DNA of 64,000 nt from Candidatus Hermodarchaeota archaeon (GCA_016840065.1 JAEOTB010000054.1:1-64000), one strand, 5' to 3'. Positions 37,339 through 47,051 are shown, counted from the stretch's first letter. The notes: generated by a model not told the origin, from the sequence alone. Program-made: numbers and translations.

Positions 37339-37983
37339 ATGTTGGGAGAAAATCCACCTGAAAGAGAACCGGTAGAATCCTTGACAAACCAAGCCATGTC
37401 TGTAACTGAAGGAACGCCTATCTTCAAACTTGTTTTTGCGGGCGAAGGAGGAGTAGGTAAAACCTCTATTGTTAACCAATACCTTAGCGGAGAACACAAT
37501 GAGCCACCTATGACGGTGGGCTCAGAGTTCGCTTATCAAGAGGTGGAGTTGGAGAAACAGACAGTAGGTTTGAGTTTGTGGGATTTTGGTGGAGAAATTC
37601 AATTCCGAGACCTCATCCCGGTCTTTTGCATGGGTGCTCACGGTGCTGTGGTCGTTTTCGACTTGAGCCGTTACTCCACTTTTCGACAGATTATTGCCTG
37701 GCTAGACCTCATTAAGCAGACTGAAGACCACATACCAATAATCCTTGTTGGTTCTAAGAGCGATCTTGCGAGCGGGGGCCCCTCTGAGGAGGAAATTCAG
37801 GCGATTCGCGAGAAATATAAAATCAGAGAGTACATTACAGTCTCATCGTTAACTGGAGAGAATATCTCCAAACTGTTTTTACGGATTTCAGAGATACTCA
37901 TCGAGGCCGTTAAGGATGGGGAAATAACTCCTGCCAAGTCGGTCAAGGTACCTTGTCAGGGAAATGAATCCGTCTGCGATTAA
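37339..37983 (+). CDS. Rab-like small GTPase (Ras superfamily)
   Basis: G1 GEGGVGKTS, G2 MTVG, G3 WDFGGE, G4 GSKSD, G5 VSSL. Start uncertain (37279, 37339 or 37396). Confidence 0.88.
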   Translation: MLGENPPEREPVESLTNQAMSVTEGTPIFKLVFAGEGGVGKTSIVNQYLSGEHNEPPMTVGSEFAYQEVELEKQTVGLSLWDFGGEIQFRDLIPVFCMGAHGAVVVFDLSRYSTFRQIIAWLDLIKQTEDHIPIILVGSKSDLASGGPSEEEIQAIREKYKIREYITVSSLTGENISKLFLRISEILIEAVKDGEITPAKSVKVPCQGNESVCD

Positions 37984-38097
37984 GGGTAGACAGGTATACC
38001 CCTATCCACACTAGCTTTCAAGGCATTTTATTTCTTCAAAGGCAACGTTTTTTATTGTTAATCAAAGAGAAGCCTTGCATATCGTGTGGTGGAATAA

Positions 38098-38838
38098 GTG
38101 TTTGAGGGTAAACGTGTTTGTGTAGTAATCCCAGCGTATAATGAGGCGGATGCCATCGGTGAGACAGTCAAGGATTTCCTGATTCCTGTAGTTGATGAAA
38201 TCATCGTCATTGACAACAACTCAACTGACGACACTGCGCGTATAGCCCGTAAGGCAGGAGCAAGGGTGGTCCCTGAACCCATTCAGGGTTATGGTGCTGC
38301 AATCCGCAAGGGGCTCAATGAGGCTCTTGAAGGGGGAAACCATTTCATTGTAATTACAGAGGCAGATGCTTCATTTAGGGGATCGGATGTTGGCAAATTG
38401 CTGGAGAATTGCCGAGATCGCCATTTTGTCGTGGGCACGCGCACAGCTACACCCTATCTAGGCGAAGGAGCAAACATGGGATTATTCCTTGTAGTTGGGA
38501 ACATGGCTGTGGCGAAGCTTCTGGGGCTCCTTCATGGCTATCCTCCCTTAACTGATGTGGGCTGCACTCTTCGCGTCATTAGACGCCCCATGCTAAAGGC
38601 TGTCCTTCCAGAGCTAGAGGCAGATGGAGCTGCCCTTTCACCTGAAATGATTGTGCGGGTTCTCAGACATGGTGGACGTATGAAGGAAATTCCTGTTCAT
38701 TACCTAGCACGTGTTGGCACGGCAAAAATTACTACATCCCGAAGGAAGGCTTTCAGGAATGGCCTTATGATGATTCAGGTAATTCTTGGAACACCAGGGA
38801 AAATATTGGTTGGTCCTTTCCTCCGGCTCTTCAAGTAG
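38098..38838 (+). CDS. GT2 glycosyltransferase (DPM1-like polyprenyl-phosphate glycosyltransferase)
   Basis: VVIPAYNE, IDNNSTDDT, GYGAAI, EAD, GTR, TDVGCTLR, EIPVHY..RVG. Confidence 0.85.
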   Translation: MFEGKRVCVVIPAYNEADAIGETVKDFLIPVVDEIIVIDNNSTDDTARIARKAGARVVPEPIQGYGAAIRKGLNEALEGGNHFIVITEADASFRGSDVGKLLENCRDRHFVVGTRTATPYLGEGANMGLFLVVGNMAVAKLLGLLHGYPPLTDVGCTLRVIRRPMLKAVLPELEADGAALSPEMIVRVLRHGGRMKEIPVHYLARVGTAKITTSRRKAFRNGLMMIQVILGTPGKILVGPFLRLFK

Positions 38839-38852
38839 TTCTGTAACAATCG

Positions 38853-39596
38853 CTAGCGTTTGTCGTGGTAGCGTAGCATCTCCTCGGCGAAGGTAATATC
38901 TTCGGGGTATGTAACATTCAGGTAGGTTCCTCCGAGGAAGTAGCCATGTACTGCATGCCCCAACTTGGTGAGGGTATTTAGTGTATCAGTTATCTCGATT
39001 TCCTTCTTTGCAGATTTGGGTGTTTTCCGGATAGCATCAAAGACTGTTTCATCAAAGATGTAGGAGCCACACCCGAGAATCTTGTTGGTAACAACTGTGG
39101 GCTTCTCGACAAGATAACGGATACGATGAGTATCCATATCGATGTCCACTGAATAGTTGCGGCGAATTAGTTCCTCCTTCTCCACCCACATGAGACCAAT
39201 AGAAGCGTTGCAGCCAGTTTCGTCAAAGCCTTGGATGAAACCCGTGTGATTTGAACCCAGATATAACTCATCCCCTAAGTAGACTGCAAAGGGCGGCTTT
39301 ACAATTCCTTCAGTCAGGCCAACAGCGTGACCAATACCTTCAGGGTGCGGCTGCCCTACATACTCTATGGACAACCCGAGTTCCGAGCCGTCGCCAAAGT
39401 AATCCTTCACAACATTCGATTCAGGATTAACAATGAGTATTATCTTCTCAAGACCTGCTTGTTTGCAGCGATCCAGCACGTAGGCGAGAATAGGCCGCTC
39501 CAATACCTGAATCATTGGTTTTGGTACTCTCTCCGAGTAGGGCTTAATCCGTTTGCCAGCACCTGCCGCTGGAATCACAGCATAACGGGGGGGCAT
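38853..39596 (-). CDS. Sugar-1-phosphate nucleotidyltransferase (RmlA/GCD1-like)
   Basis: AVIPAAGAGKRIKP...PKPM, Q..PEGIGHAV, YLGD, VEKP, EIEITD. Confidence 0.88.
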   Translation of the reverse strand: MPPRYAVIPAAGAGKRIKPYSERVPKPMIQVLERPILAYVLDRCKQAGLEKIILIVNPESNVVKDYFGDGSELGLSIEYVGQPHPEGIGHAVGLTEGIVKPPFAVYLGDELYLGSNHTGFIQGFDETGCNASIGLMWVEKEELIRRNYSVDIDMDTHRIRYLVEKPTVVTNKILGCGSYIFDETVFDAIRKTPKSAKKEIEITDTLNTLTKLGHAVHGYFLGGTYLNVTYPEDITFAEEMLRYHDKR

Positions 39597-39739
39597 TGCA
39601 AGAAGCAAAACGCTTCCAAGTGCTTAAAAGCCTTGTCAGTTTCCCCCACTAAGAAGTTTGGTAGTAGGGCGAGGATTTTTAGGCTAGCAGATTGCAGAAG
39701 CCTTTACTCTTCATTCAAGGAACACGAAGGGGCTCTGCC

Positions 39740-40753
39740 ATGCGTTCACGAACCTATTATGCTATCGCTGTCATCAGCCTAATACTCATTGTCATCTGGC
39801 TCCACCTTGCTCTTCTTCCAGAGGGGGGCCTCTATGCTATCCTGAATGTACTACTTACTGTGAATCTATTCTGGTTGCTGCCTGCCTTTGGTCTTTTTGC
39901 CATAGCTTATGTTCTCAGAGCTGTTCGTTGGTGGCAGTTACTCAGACCCTTCAAAACAGGAGGCAATCCAGCTAACCTCTTCCCCATCATTGTCGGTGGT
40001 ATCTTCCTAACCTATGTGGTTCCTCTTCGTGCCGGGGATATTGCGACACCATATTGGCTTCGAGAGAAAAGGGGGACTCGCTTTACTGCAGGACTCTCTT
40101 CTGTGCTTCTTGCAAGGCTCCTAGACTTTGCCAGCCTCACGCTAATAGTGATAGTCTTTGCCATTCTCATCTTTGGTACGGTAGCTGACGTGATGCGATA
40201 TATCATTGTAGGTGGAATCATTGGTGTTGCCTTTGTCGCCTTTTTCCTCCTTATTCGTAGCGGGCGATTCGTTGGTTTTCTTTCTCGGATACTTGGTCGT
40301 TTATTCAAACCCTCTGAGCGGCTCCGAGATGATGTGCCTAAATTCGTGGAAAACGCTGCTTCCGATATGAGGACTGTGATTAGCAGTTGGAACTCTGGAG
40401 GTGCACTCCTCACTAGTGTACCCCTCTGGATCCTAGAGACCGCCAAGCTTGTATTCCTTGGTCTAGCCCTTGGTGTTGACATTCCTCTTCTAATATCCTG
40501 CTTTGCTGCCTCTCTTAGCTACATGGGCGGCCACGCCTCTGGTATTTTCTTGCCCGCAGGAATTGGTATATTCCTCTTTCAAAACATCACCCTTGGTTTT
40601 TGGCTCACAACATCAGGTGTTCCTGCTGCGGTAGTGGCGAGTATTGCCCTCTTGGATGGTCTAATCTATATCATTGGTCTTACTGTACTCGGTGTTCCCT
40701 CCATTGCGAGTATGGGACGTGGTTATCGAGAACTTCAAGAAGATGAGAGCTAG
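39740..40753 (+). CDS. Lysylphosphatidylglycerol-synthase-TM/flippase-like membrane protein (UPF0104/AglD2-like)
   Basis: LRAVRWWQLL, VPLRAGDI, RLLD, PAGIG motifs; about 8 TM segments. Confidence 0.82.
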   Translation: MRSRTYYAIAVISLILIVIWLHLALLPEGGLYAILNVLLTVNLFWLLPAFGLFAIAYVLRAVRWWQLLRPFKTGGNPANLFPIIVGGIFLTYVVPLRAGDIATPYWLREKRGTRFTAGLSSVLLARLLDFASLTLIVIVFAILIFGTVADVMRYIIVGGIIGVAFVAFFLLIRSGRFVGFLSRILGRLFKPSERLRDDVPKFVENAASDMRTVISSWNSGGALLTSVPLWILETAKLVFLGLALGVDIPLLISCFAASLSYMGGHASGIFLPAGIGIFLFQNITLGFWLTTSGVPAAVVASIALLDGLIYIIGLTVLGVPSIASMGRGYRELQEDES

Positions 40754-40865
40754 GTAACTCCTCCCTATGTTGACACTCTAGTTCTACTAAAACCAAAAGG
40801 TTAAAAGTTGTCTAGGCACTACGCTGAACCTCAAGATATCCCAATCAACTGTTTGGTGAGAATCT

Positions 40866-41918
40866 ATGCCTTTGAAGAATCCTCCTCTTGCTGTTGTGAA
40901 GACGACTCCGAAGACTTACTTCGACGATGTTTCTCGTCTTTTCAGATTGGCAAAATTTGACAAGGTTATGAACCCAAAGAAGCGTACCGCTATCAAGCTC
41001 AATATTAGTTGGCAGGAATATTTCCCAGCTTGTAGCACTGCTCCATATCAGCTAGAGGGGTTGCTCAAGGTGTTAACCGACCTTGGCTTCAATGATATAA
41101 TCGCTGTTGAGAATATGACAGTGGTCACTGATGCTCGTACTGGTATGTACAAGAACCGATTCGTGCCTGTTCTTGAGAAGTACGATATTCCCTACACGAT
41201 TCTTTTGGATGAGAAGTGGAAAGAGGTGAATCCCTCCAAACCAATGGTGTTTGGTCAGGAGGACATGTTGATGCCAGAGACCATCCTGGGAGCTCAGGTC
41301 ATCCATCTACCTACATTCAAATGTCATGGGCACAGCACAATCACCTGTTCGTTGAAGAACGCTTTTGGTTTTCTCAAGACTGTTCGCCACCATTACCACT
41401 TGAAGATACACGAGATTCTCGTGGACTTGTTACGTATTCAGCAGGAGTTCTGTGGTCCACTCTTTGGCTTCGCGGATAGCACCATTGCCATGGATGGAGC
41501 AGGGCCTCGCACAGGCGTACCCTATGTTAAAGATTACATCGCGGCAAGCGCTGACCTAGTTGCCCTAGATGCTCTGTGTGCCAAGATGCTTGGTTACGAC
41601 CCGATGAGTATCGGTCATGTCCGTATGGCCCACGAGCAGGGATTGGGCAACGCAGATTTAGATTCAGTAGACCTGGTGGGTGACTGTGTGGATAATGTGT
41701 GCTTTGGCTTCAAGACCAAGTTAGATCCAGTTATTCGCTTTGACCGCTTATTCCGTAGCAGCCTCCTTGAGCCCCTGATGATGCGATCCGCATTCTTCAA
41801 GGTCAATGTTAAAATCAGCCACTATCTACGCGACATTTGGCTGAGGACCCGTGGGAGACGACACATCGCTCGGATCATGAAAACCAGATGGGGCAAGTTC
41901 TTCCGCACCTATCTTTAG
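40866..41918 (+). CDS. DUF362 family protein
   Basis: IKLNISW...ST.P, LPTFKCHGH..ITCSLKNAFG, D...AMDGAGP, ASADLVALD, GLG..D. Confidence 0.82.
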   Translation: MPLKNPPLAVVKTTPKTYFDDVSRLFRLAKFDKVMNPKKRTAIKLNISWQEYFPACSTAPYQLEGLLKVLTDLGFNDIIAVENMTVVTDARTGMYKNRFVPVLEKYDIPYTILLDEKWKEVNPSKPMVFGQEDMLMPETILGAQVIHLPTFKCHGHSTITCSLKNAFGFLKTVRHHYHLKIHEILVDLLRIQQEFCGPLFGFADSTIAMDGAGPRTGVPYVKDYIAASADLVALDALCAKMLGYDPMSIGHVRMAHEQGLGNADLDSVDLVGDCVDNVCFGFKTKLDPVIRFDRLFRSSLLEPLMMRSAFFKVNVKISHYLRDIWLRTRGRRHIARIMKTRWGKFFRTYL

Positions 41919-41978
41919 CCCTTGACGTAAAGCTTTTGTTTAACACCCTCACAACGCTTGTAAGGGAGTACGCTGGCT

Positions 41979-43772
41979 GTGGACTCTGAACAGACAAGTA
42001 CTGGAAAAGAACCTAGTACACTTCAACATCTAATTAGTTGGTTGAACCTTTCTGACATTCCTAAGTTACGTCGTGAATCAAGCTTCTGGGCAGGTCTCAT
42101 CGTCCGATCCGCCACCATTACCACCTTCCTACTCTTCCTCTTCATCGGTGGGGATATAACGGATATGAATGAGCTTCTGTTCAAGGGATTGGCTAACCTT
42201 TTGCAGGGTACCAGTCCTTACGGTCAGTCCTACGCCTTGGCGACCTTTGGTGGGTCCTTCACCCAGTCATACTTTAACTACCCGCCCTTTGCCATCATAT
42301 TTCACATCCCTGGACTCCTCTGGCCTGGTCCTCATAGTATTGGATCTCTAGATTTCATGCCGGGTTTCCTCCTTCTTCACACCTTCTTTGACTTCATTAT
42401 CTATTATCGGCTTCACCAAGCAGGTTACTCCAGAGCTCCCGTTATGCTCTGGGTTAATCCAGGAATGGTCTTTGTTGATGTTGTAACCTTCATCTCATTA
42501 CCCCTCCTTCTCCTTACACTAGCTATCCTAAACATAAATGACGCAGTTCGTTGCGGCCTCTACTCAGCCTTGCTAGCAGCTAGTTATCAGTTGGGAGTTG
42601 TCTTTCTTCCCTTCTTTCTGATTTACCACCTTGACAGGAAGAATTTCCGTCGTGCCATTGCTGGTATGCTACCGGTTTTTGCAGTCACACTATTTTTCTT
42701 CGTGATTTCCCCTTTTGCGTTCACCAATGACCTCTTCATCGCTCAGTTCGGTCGGCCGCCTGTCAATTGGCTTGATTCGAATCCAAGTAGCCCATTCTTT
42801 AACAGGTACTATCCGATGAGTTTCTTGTTCATGGGTTCCTTGCCTGCAATTGTCTTCAACATTGCCATTAGTCTCGGTGTTTCACCTGCCTTGGCGCCGC
42901 GTATCTCCTTACCTATGTTAATCATAGTTGTAGTTATTGCCCTTGTGTTCCTGATTCACTTTCTCCGTAATCCCCGCAGGGGATTGGCAATTCTATATCC
43001 CGGCGTCCTCCTTACTCTTCTGATTGCTAGCATGTCAGAAGGGATTGCCCATTATTGGGTCCTGACAATTACTCTACCATTTCTTGCCTGGAATCAACGT
43101 CACACCTTTTTCTCAAACCCCAGAGCAACAATTATAGGCTCAGGTTCACCTCAACCCATCGCCCTCGCTGAGGGAAAACCTAATAGCTCAGGAATACAAG
43201 CTTCAAAAAGTCGGAGAGAGGCAAGAATGTCACGACTCCCAAAATTCATCCGGCGCATCTTCGAATCCATCGATTTAGAACGTGGGGAACGATTAATCAG
43301 TAAGTTCGAGAGCCTACCCTTCATTTGTGGGATACGACGCTATATAGCGTTTTGGCCCCTGCTTGAGGACCAACTCACACTCGAACTAGGATCTGAAAGA
43401 GGATTCGGTAGCAAGGGAGTCGCAAGCTGTGTACGAACGGACCTTCGCCCAATAAATGGAGTCGACGTTGTCTGCGACGCAACAACCCTCCCCTTCCGAG
43501 ATGACGTTTTTGACCGAACCTGGTGCGTCTACCTCATCCATCACATACCCGATGTTCGTCAACTACTACTTGAGGCAAAGCGAGTCTCTAGAAAAGCATA
43601 TTTCTTTGATTTCATCCCCCGCACTTGGCTGCACTACTTCTCAATAGTCTTTGACAGATTATTCTTTGGTGATAAAATCCACCCGCCCTCACCTCAAGCG
43701 ATGAAGGATATGGCTCCAGGACTACGCGTCTACCCCCAGGGTGCTTTGGGTGGTGTCCTATATGCCCTCTGA
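41979..43772 (+). CDS. GT-C-like polytopic membrane protein fused to a class I SAM-methyltransferase-like domain
   Basis: aa 1-380 polytopic with DMNEL...G.SPYGQ..FNYPP; aa ~417-597 LELGSERG...VVCDATTLPFRDDVFD...IHHIPD...EAKRV. Confidence 0.7.
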   Translation: MDSEQTSTGKEPSTLQHLISWLNLSDIPKLRRESSFWAGLIVRSATITTFLLFLFIGGDITDMNELLFKGLANLLQGTSPYGQSYALATFGGSFTQSYFNYPPFAIIFHIPGLLWPGPHSIGSLDFMPGFLLLHTFFDFIIYYRLHQAGYSRAPVMLWVNPGMVFVDVVTFISLPLLLLTLAILNINDAVRCGLYSALLAASYQLGVVFLPFFLIYHLDRKNFRRAIAGMLPVFAVTLFFFVISPFAFTNDLFIAQFGRPPVNWLDSNPSSPFFNRYYPMSFLFMGSLPAIVFNIAISLGVSPALAPRISLPMLIIVVVIALVFLIHFLRNPRRGLAILYPGVLLTLLIASMSEGIAHYWVLTITLPFLAWNQRHTFFSNPRATIIGSGSPQPIALAEGKPNSSGIQASKSRREARMSRLPKFIRRIFESIDLERGERLISKFESLPFICGIRRYIAFWPLLEDQLTLELGSERGFGSKGVASCVRTDLRPINGVDVVCDATTLPFRDDVFDRTWCVYLIHHIPDVRQLLLEAKRVSRKAYFFDFIPRTWLHYFSIVFDRLFFGDKIHPPSPQAMKDMAPGLRVYPQGALGGVLYAL

Positions 43773-43824
43773 CCTGAAAGAATAAAAGAAAGAAGAGAGC
43801 CACGAAGAAGCGGTGCGTGTTTCC

Positions 43825-45024
43825 ATGAGTAACCCCCCTCCCTACCCATTGGTTCATCCTGCACCTGAGGTTGATGGTCTACTCTCAACAATAAGCGTTA
43901 AACTACGGCATAGCTTCACTCTTTACCGGAGCTGGTGGAAAGAAATCGGTCTAGGTGCCTATATCCGAATCTTATCTTTCATCGGCATCATGTTAGCAGC
44001 CTTCACAAACCCCCTCTTTCCAGACGTAAATGACATGAACGAGCTAATCACGCTCGGTATAGTCTATATGTTTCAGGGGCAGAACCCCTATGGGCAAACT
44101 TATGTGCTTTCAGCCTTGGGGGCAACGCCTAGTGATACCTACGTTCAGAACTTTCTAAACTATGGTCCCATGAACCTGCTGCTGCACCTTCCTTGTATGA
44201 TTTATCCGTGGATGATTAATGGGGCAGGGTACATGAATTTTCAGCCAAGTTTCTTCCTCTTTCATACAATCTTTGATTTTTTGATGTTTGACAGGTTGAT
44301 GCGGATGAATCAGCGCTTTGTCGCTTTGTTTGTTTGGATTAACCCTCTGTTTGTGACGCTTAACTTGGTGACTCATATGAGTGTCCCATTGCTTCTGGTA
44401 GTTTTGGGGTACGAGAATTGGAAGGATCCGGTGCAATCTGTGTTTTGGTTGGGACTCGGTGCACTCACCTACCAGTATATAGCCTTGCTGCTGATTTTTG
44501 CGATTGCCTACCATATCCGGAGCTGTAAAGGAGTGTTACTTGGTTTACTCCCATCCCTAGCTGTCCTCGGTGCTTTCCAGCTTTGGGCTGTGTTCGAGGG
44601 GCGACCCTTCGTCCTTGTAGATGATTTGTTGCTGCAGCAGTTTGGTAGACCTTATGAGCCTTGGTTCCCTGATCACCAATACAGTTGGTATACTTGGACC
44701 GGCTCTATCCCTGCCGTTGTGTATAACGTGTTGGGTCAGGTTGATCCCCTGATGGTTTTAACCGGTGGTTTGCTTCGACTAAGTACCTTAATGAACGCCA
44801 TCGCGCTATCCATTGCGGTAGTCTTTCTCCTCCATATTGTCATTGAACCGAACTATAAGCGGTCTGTCCTCTATGGTGCTCTTGCCCTTCTTTTAGTATT
44901 GCTTAGTTCACCTTCTGGGATCTGGCATCATAATTTCGTTGTGGCGTTCCCGCTCTACATGACTTCTGTTGAGCGGGGGCAGCTAAAAAGGTGGAAGGAT
45001 TTCCGAGTAAGGTCAGGGACCTAA
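43825..45024 (+). CDS. GT-C-like polytopic membrane protein, paralogue of the upstream membrane domain
   Basis: Shares DMNEL, G.NPYGQ.Y, NY.P, HTxFDF, W.NP, YQ, QFGRP and GS.PA motifs with 41979..43772. Confidence 0.7.
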   Translation: MSNPPPYPLVHPAPEVDGLLSTISVKLRHSFTLYRSWWKEIGLGAYIRILSFIGIMLAAFTNPLFPDVNDMNELITLGIVYMFQGQNPYGQTYVLSALGATPSDTYVQNFLNYGPMNLLLHLPCMIYPWMINGAGYMNFQPSFFLFHTIFDFLMFDRLMRMNQRFVALFVWINPLFVTLNLVTHMSVPLLLVVLGYENWKDPVQSVFWLGLGALTYQYIALLLIFAIAYHIRSCKGVLLGLLPSLAVLGAFQLWAVFEGRPFVLVDDLLLQQFGRPYEPWFPDHQYSWYTWTGSIPAVVYNVLGQVDPLMVLTGGLLRLSTLMNAIALSIAVVFLLHIVIEPNYKRSVLYGALALLLVLLSSPSGIWHHNFVVAFPLYMTSVERGQLKRWKDFRVRSGT

Positions 45025-45159
45025 CGTCGCATTTAGACTGACTCTGATTTCAGTATTTCCTGAGGGATAATATTAATTTCACGCCAAGCACATTGAACCA
45101 TGCTCAGACGTTATTCCCCAGATAACATTATATAGAATCCGAAAGGAGTATGAGATATT

Positions 45160-45300
45160 ATGTGTCCCAGAAGACCATCTACTTCACGTGAAACACATCC
45201 CGAGAAAGTAAGGAAACCCTCCAAGAGAGGGAGAAGTTCTCGTCAAGTTCAAGATACCCTCGGAATAGAACGTCCCGAGAAAATAGTCAAAGACGAGTAG
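45160..45300 (+). CDS. Putative 46-aa small basic protein
   Basis: MCPRRPSTSRETHPEKVRKPSKRGRSSRQVQDTLGIERPEKIVKDE*; TTATATA at 45128 and AAGGAG at 45143 upstream; below the ORF-track cutoff. Confidence 0.4.
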   Translation: MCPRRPSTSRETHPEKVRKPSKRGRSSRQVQDTLGIERPEKIVKDE

Positions 45301-45458
45301 CTTGTTCAGTGGTCAATCACTATCCACTCTACATGTGCAATTGGTTGGTCACAACCATCATGCCCTCCGATACTTATGACCATGGAGGGGAATGTTCGTT
45401 AAGTGTTTCACTAAGATTGTGTGCTACGTTCCGTTCGTTTTCAGTAGGCTTGAATTAA

Positions 45459-47051
45459 TTAGAAGAGTGGTACATCCTGAACGTATGGTCGTCCCGTCTT
45501 TAAGGCAATCTCTGCTTTAGCAAGTTCATGACCTACATATGCAGCATGGTCTAGTCGGGTGATGAGGTCTTTTGATAATAAAGCGGCGAGGAGTTGCTGT
45601 GATGTCTTGGCAGCGAGAACAACGTCTGGGGTTTGTGCTCGAATTGATGGAAAGTGTCGGATTACAAGTTGCTGCTTTTGTCGGTCTATATGGATTGTTA
45701 AGTATCCCGAAGGATCAAGTTTTACAGGCGATATCTTGGTAGGTGCAGTTTCTGTCGATACGCCCATATTTCCTGCCTTGTCAAAGGCTACTTCGGTGAA
45801 GCGCTTGGTTTTCAGAAGCAACAGGTCTATGCCTAGATCCTTGGGAGATGTTTGTCTTTGTTGGGCTAGGAACATCATTTGGGCAGCACGATGGAGCTCC
45901 CAGACCGCACCTCTGGTTTTGTGGCTGACCTCTGTTGTGAGCATCAAGGTTGCACCAAGTTCACTTGCCATGCCTGCAAGGAGGGCGTTTACACCGATGC
46001 TATCAGCGTCTAGTAATTCTGTGACATTCCCTGCACCCAAGAGGAGGGGTATTGACGGATAGCGGTCTGCGAATAGTGTGTAAGCGTGGATTGCTTGGCT
46101 CAGTCCTGGTGTAACAAGGGAGTCGCAGAGGAGGTCCGCTATAAGATGCGTATATCCTAGTTTTTGAGCAGCATCCAGATTGATTTTCATTTGTTGGAGA
46201 CGGTCTTCGGCTGAGGTTGGTAGTTGTTGCCCCGCCTGGGTAACAGGGATTATGACAAAAGCTGCCTTTTGACGGAGTGACTTGGGGATTGCCGTCATGT
46301 TGTCTCGATCTATGCTGAGAACCAAGGAGGCGCCAGCTTTGATGGCGGCAGCGATTTCCTTTGGGTCACTTGAGTCGATGCTGATGGGAACGGGGACTGC
46401 CCGTTGAACTACCTTAACGGTATGTTTAGCGGCTTTGGAATCAGGTGCATTAGCAATCATCCCCAGGTCAATGATGGTAGCTCCACTCGCTACATATCGG
46501 CGAGACATGGTGACGAGTTCCTTGTCAGGCCTTGCTGGGGCATCGGTGATTTCAGCGACAATTCGAATGGGGTATGTGGGTCCGGTCATGATTGTGCGGC
46601 GACCACTCCCTATCTGAAGTGTTCGTGGTGGTGGCGGAATTGGTAGGGGCGTGGTTTCTGCGGCTATTAGGTCGTTTGCTGCTTTTGCTTGGAGATGTTC
46701 TAGGAAAATGTGGTCTGCCGACTCGGTTGTGGATAGAATCTCTAAGTTCCTGTATAGTGATTGGAGGATGAAGGGGAGATCAACAGCATGGCGTGGTCCC
46801 TTGAAGGTGGGGATACCTGTTGCCTCCTTTACTAGGGTTGTATCACCTGAGGTCATACCAGGAAGGAGGATACAGTCATGCTTGTCAAGGACCTGCTTTC
46901 GAAGCCTGGAGGCTACATATTTTGGGTGGAGGAAGGCTGCGACCGCTACTGGCAAGACCAAGACTTGGCAAGAGTGGATTGGTGGTGCTGTTTTGGCTGC
47001 GTTGCGGACAAGTGGTTCGGCCAGTTGACCGGTGATTAATAGGATTTTCAT
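45459..47051 (-). CDS. Dihydropteroate synthase-like protein (archaeal long form with C-terminal DUF4346)
   Basis: MKILLITG.LA, VAAFL.P, KGPRHA.DL, IVAEITDAP, IIDLG, SIDS, GNVTELLDADS.GVN, TTEVS.KTRG, KDLGIDLLLLK, LDP.G, DHAAY.G.EL.KAE.AL..GR.YVQD. Start overlaps the mptE stop. Confidence 0.88.
   Translation of the reverse strand: MKILLITGQLAEPLVRNAAKTAPPIHSCQVLVLPVAVAAFLHPKYVASRLRKQVLDKHDCILLPGMTSGDTTLVKEATGIPTFKGPRHAVDLPFILQSLYRNLEILSTTESADHIFLEHLQAKAANDLIAAETTPLPIPPPPRTLQIGSGRRTIMTGPTYPIRIVAEITDAPARPDKELVTMSRRYVASGATIIDLGMIANAPDSKAAKHTVKVVQRAVPVPISIDSSDPKEIAAAIKAGASLVLSIDRDNMTAIPKSLRQKAAFVIIPVTQAGQQLPTSAEDRLQQMKINLDAAQKLGYTHLIADLLCDSLVTPGLSQAIHAYTLFADRYPSIPLLLGAGNVTELLDADSIGVNALLAGMASELGATLMLTTEVSHKTRGAVWELHRAAQMMFLAQQRQTSPKDLGIDLLLLKTKRFTEVAFDKAGNMGVSTETAPTKISPVKLDPSGYLTIHIDRQKQQLVIRHFPSIRAQTPDVVLAAKTSQQLLAALLSKDLITRLDHAAYVGHELAKAEIALKTGRPYVQDVPLF

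Noticed and set aside
37940-37983. Canonical CaaX/CC/CxC prenylation signal on the GTPase
   Set aside because: The terminus is CQGNESVCD, which fits none of the canonical patterns; kept only as a low-interest note.
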